Shown piece after piece: positions 59,044 to 64,000 of a DNA stretch of 64,000 nucleotides. The position numbers and the translations under genes are program-made. The notes beneath the pieces were generated by a model. The model saw only the letters and a list, made by a program, of their open reading frames with translations. It was not told the DNA's origin and did no database searches. Origin of the DNA: the human T2T-CHM13v2.0 reference genome, Homo sapiens; the NCBI RefSeq assembly GCF_009914755.1, contig NC_060937.1; one strand, 5' to 3'. How positions within the stretch are numbered: the first letter of the stretch is position 1; each line of letters begins with the position of its first letter.

Positions 59044-59609
59044 TTATGACCTAGCATTCGAGGTCTCAAAACCACATGATCTTGATCAAGCAAGTCACTA
59101 AGGAGCATTCTAGAATTAGGGGAGGTTAAGGACAGTAGCTGCCCAGAAAGGGCTGATACCAGGAATGGCTTGTTGATAGGACAATGACCTGGAGGGCCAA
59201 GGCTCCCCAGACTCCAATTAATGAACAAAATGCTTTGCATTGGGTGATTCTTGATAATTCATAAAACAAATGGAGAGGAAGTCCCTTTCATTGGGTGAAT
59301 CTGCATGCAGTGTCCTTGGTATATTTCTTGACCTGGAGCAGAGCTGCCAGGGATTTCCTTTGAATGCCTATATGCACAGAGCAAATAGATATTTATTCAG
59401 TATCGCAGTGCTAAGCATTATGAGTGATGGAGTTATATCTTGTCTCTGCCCTTGAAGGCTACAATGCTATTGTAAAAACAGGTATACCAGTATTTGTAAA
59501 TCAAGCCATATGCAAAAATTGCCGTGAGAAAGAGTTGAAGAGCTGTATGAACCCAGAAGAAAGAAATATCTCTTTTCATGTCTGACCATCTCTCTGGGAT
59601 TTCAACTCT

Positions 59610-59923
59610 TGTATCCCATTGGAATCACCTGGGGAGTGTTTTAAACATAATAATGGCCCTCTTCAGATTCTGATTTAATTGAGGGGTGGGTTCAAGCATC
59701 AGTATTTATGCTCTTCAGATGATTCTCATGGTAAGACAAAATTGTGAACAATGCGCAGCATGCCCCTGCTTTCCTGATGATGAGACTCACCTTAGCACAA
59801 CTGTGAATGGTATCATTTTCCCTGGAAGACAGCAGATTCAGCAGGTCTGAGAAGGACGAAGTATGTGTTGTTTTAGCAGTTGCCCGGGTGATTCTTCTCA
59901 TCAGGGAAGTTTAGTTAACACTG
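59610..59923. mobile_element. MER5-family fragments
   Basis: ggaatcacctggggagtgttttaaa...cagattctgatttaattg; ccgggtgattctt. Confidence 0.55.
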
Positions 59924-59924
59924 C

Positions 59925-60604
<680 letters not shown>

Positions 60605-62709
60605 ACTGCCTTACTCCAACCCCTCTCAGTACTTAATGCAGACTCCACTCTGAATGAACCTCTATTTTAATCGCAAATATAGAGGTGATCCCTACCCCAA
60701 ACCTTCAATAAAATCGTAATTCTAATGCCAGCCTTAAATTAAATCTGAACCCAAGTTTTACTTTGATTCCCACCCTAACAACTACTTCCAGTTTTAACTC
60801 TCAAGCCCATTCACTCACACCTCTGAGAAAGAGCCTTATTTTAAACCATACTTCTTCCATCCTTTTCTCCATCCTTCTATCTCTATCAGCTTGTTGACTT
60901 CAACATGGGAGTTATTTGGTACTTTAGCTTTAGAGACCGGCAGACCTCTGCTTCCATCTCTAGTTCCACTTTTAGCATTGTTTAAGGCTCACCATTCTTA
61001 TTTGTAAAGTACATGCCTTAAAGAATTTTTTGGAAGAATTAAGAAAGTAATGCCTGAGAGGCAGTTGGGGTTAATAGATGCAATTAACATTCTTGTAACC
61101 TCTGTGATGATTCCATGCCAGGCTTCAGTCATGCAAACATCAGTCTAAACTCCTGCTTTAGAAAATCTAAATAAGATGTATTTGGCAGTGTTGTGAAGGT
61201 GGAAGAAAAATCTTGCCTTACTCAAAAAAATGAGAAAAATTATGACACAAGAATGATTTGCTGATATTTCTGGTCCTTTTCTCTTCAACCTATCAATGAA
61301 AATTCACAAAGCACGTTTGAAAAATTTAGACCTTAATTTGGAAATTAAAAGACTATTATCAAGAGATGTTTCATATTCTCCTCTTTTGACCTCACTTCTA
61401 AACCCACCGTTGTTTGCTCTGTTTATTTTTTTGAATAGCTTGTTTTTCCTTTTAATTTGTCATTACCTTTCCTCTAGGCTTTAGATTTCATCATGAATTC
61501 ACGTTTCTCTACTCCAAAGGAAACAAAATAATGTATATAGATGACTTCAGAAAATAGAGAATAATTTTTTTTAAGTGACAACTCCCTTTCATGTGTTCCT
61601 TGTCTCACACAGGCCCTCTTCTAGAAGTAGGACATAACCTACTTTTATGTCCGTTAGTAAGAAGTATTAAAAGAATGGGAAAAAATACCCTTCACCTAAC
61701 TTTAAAAGGGGTTTCTTTTTTAGTAGGGTAGAAATTAATGCAATGGAGTTCCCGATGAAAATGGGAAAAGATATTAATCATTTAGAAAAGAAATATATTC
61801 ACATTAAATACACATAGCAGATTCAGGAGCCATAATACTTAGAAAAATAAAGTGTTTTATCAAAACAGATATCTATATCTATTTATCTTGGAGAATATAT
61901 GTGTAAATTATCCAGATGTAAGTTTTTAAACTATATTATGAATGAAAGTTACGATTAAAAATTCATTACTGAGATATCTCACATTATTAGAACACTAGTG
62001 AAATGAATGAGAGCTGGGGACAACCACAAGTGAAAAAGAAAGGGCTATTATTCTCCATGCTGGGAAAGCCCCGTTCTAACTCCTTTATTATAGGCAAGAA
62101 AAATAATCTTATTCTTCTTCATGAGCTTCTTTTTTGTGGAATTCTCATTCTTGTTCTTTTCCTCTTTTGGGTGTGGCTTGCTGTTTCTCTCCCTTTGGTG
62201 CGGGTGCCAGCTGTAACCAGAACACATGATTTTTAATTTCTCAGGACCTCATAAACATGCAACTAAAATGAAATAGAAAATGTTTCACTTCAAAGGTACA
62301 AGCTCTTTTGGCCAAACTTTTCAATTCCCTGCTAGAACTTCTAGGTTCATCTAATTATCTCCACTCGGTGGTTGTGCTTTAACACTGGGGTGGTGCTTCA
62401 GAGCAGAGTGAACAATAAAAGGCTTGTTTCCATCTGAGAAAAACCAGTGTTTCAAATCCTGATTGCAATGTAAGAATATCATTTATACAAATTCACCAAA
62501 GTACAAGGGGGCAGACTTGCCAATACATGAGCATCATGTTATTCATTCTTAAAGTTGCTGTTTTGGCTAAACAAGCAAAAGGTTGTTTTCCTTTTGCTTT
62601 TGGGTAGAATGCCAGCTTTGTGTTTTGTTATCGTGCTTTGTCACCTAACATGCAGAGCATTTCATTCTAAACCTTTCCTATGCTTTAAGTTTCAGTTAAC
62701 ATAAAATGA

Positions 62710-63027
<318 letters not shown>

Positions 63028-64000
63028 TGATATGACAGGTTCACAGTGTGGTAAAATATGGGTATTTCAATGAGAGATAATCCGAATAAACGTTGAGTCC
63101 ATTTAAAATCCTTTAAGAAGCGTGGACATTACAACACAGGGAAAGCCTGGTGGTGGGTATGGAACGGAAGAGCCAAGGAAAAGGAGAAAGACATTTCTGC
63201 TGGAGCCAGTGCCTGGCATTGTGAACCCGAGATGGGAAGTCAAAGGGCAGGGATGAGGAGCGTGGCAGGAACACACTACACACCCTACGTGTATCCACGG
63301 CAGAGTTGTTTTCCTGGAAATATATGGACTAGAACAGTCTAGCTTGAAACCAGGGAAACAAAATCATTAGTTACATCATCACAAACCACAAACACCTATC
63401 CAAAAGGGAATCTTTATCAGCAGCATGGGCCAGGTGCTGTATTCTCAAAACTTTCCTGGGAATCATCAGGGCATTCCAAAGGGCAGCAGTAGAATGAAGG
63501 GAAAGTTCAAGGTAGGTAGACTTCAGTCTGCCCAAAGAACATCCCAACCAACCGCAGCACTGGCCGCGAACTGCCTTACTGAGGAAAGTTGCCTCCACCT
63601 GCCCTAGCACACCGCAGACTCCACTAATGATTTCGGACTTTTTCCAGGCTTAGCCCTGCCTAGTTTCATAACCCAAAAAACCTATAGCCAGCGGGGCATG
63701 AGCTCCCCCTCCCCACAAGCAAGTGGGCTTAGGCCAGCCTCGGCTGGCTTGGGTGACAGCACTGAACAGTGCCAGGTCTGCTGAAAGCATGGCCGTGAAG
63801 CCTTTGCACTTACACACCTCTGGGGTTAGCCTGCCTTGCTGGCTCTCCTGCCAGGCTCCCTACACTCATTTTCAACTAGTTCTCCCCAGGGAAGGAGGAA
63901 GAGCTGGCAGCTCTGCCCAGATCACCTGCTTCCTTCCAACCCTTTTGCCCAAGGTTCGACTCTGTACCAGGGTTTCCCATTTCCCTGGGGAGAGCCAGAC

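Overview
Primate (almost certainly human) genomic DNA covering the 5' end of DOCK9 (Zizimin-1, a Cdc42 GEF), which is transcribed on the minus strand. The only confident coding sequence is DOCK9 coding exon 1 (26044..25916; [16 protein letters not shown]...VRGSVLL, ending at a phase-0 GT donor) inside a ~2.2 kb CpG island. Positions 1-25915 are intron 1; positions beyond ~28.4 kb are repeat-dense upstream DNA (about 40 Alus in the window, old L1M pieces, solo LTRs, DNA-transposon fossils). Nearly all other listed ORFs are repeat-derived or GC-composition artefacts. I find no new multi-gene system. The most notable structures are: (i) an L1PA2/3 insertion carrying a ~320 bp 3' transduction inside one TSD pair; (ii) a candidate alternative DOCK9 first coding exon (35 codons, phase-0 donor) in the distal half of the island, antisense to a probable divergent lncRNA; (iii) a near full-length Tigger2 with nested LTRs and Alus; (iv) an AluYa5 with all five diagnostic bases; (v) a probable locally templated insertion inside an Alu. 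Repeat subfamily calls come from recalled consensus features rather than a database search, and repeat boundaries without TSDs are approximate.
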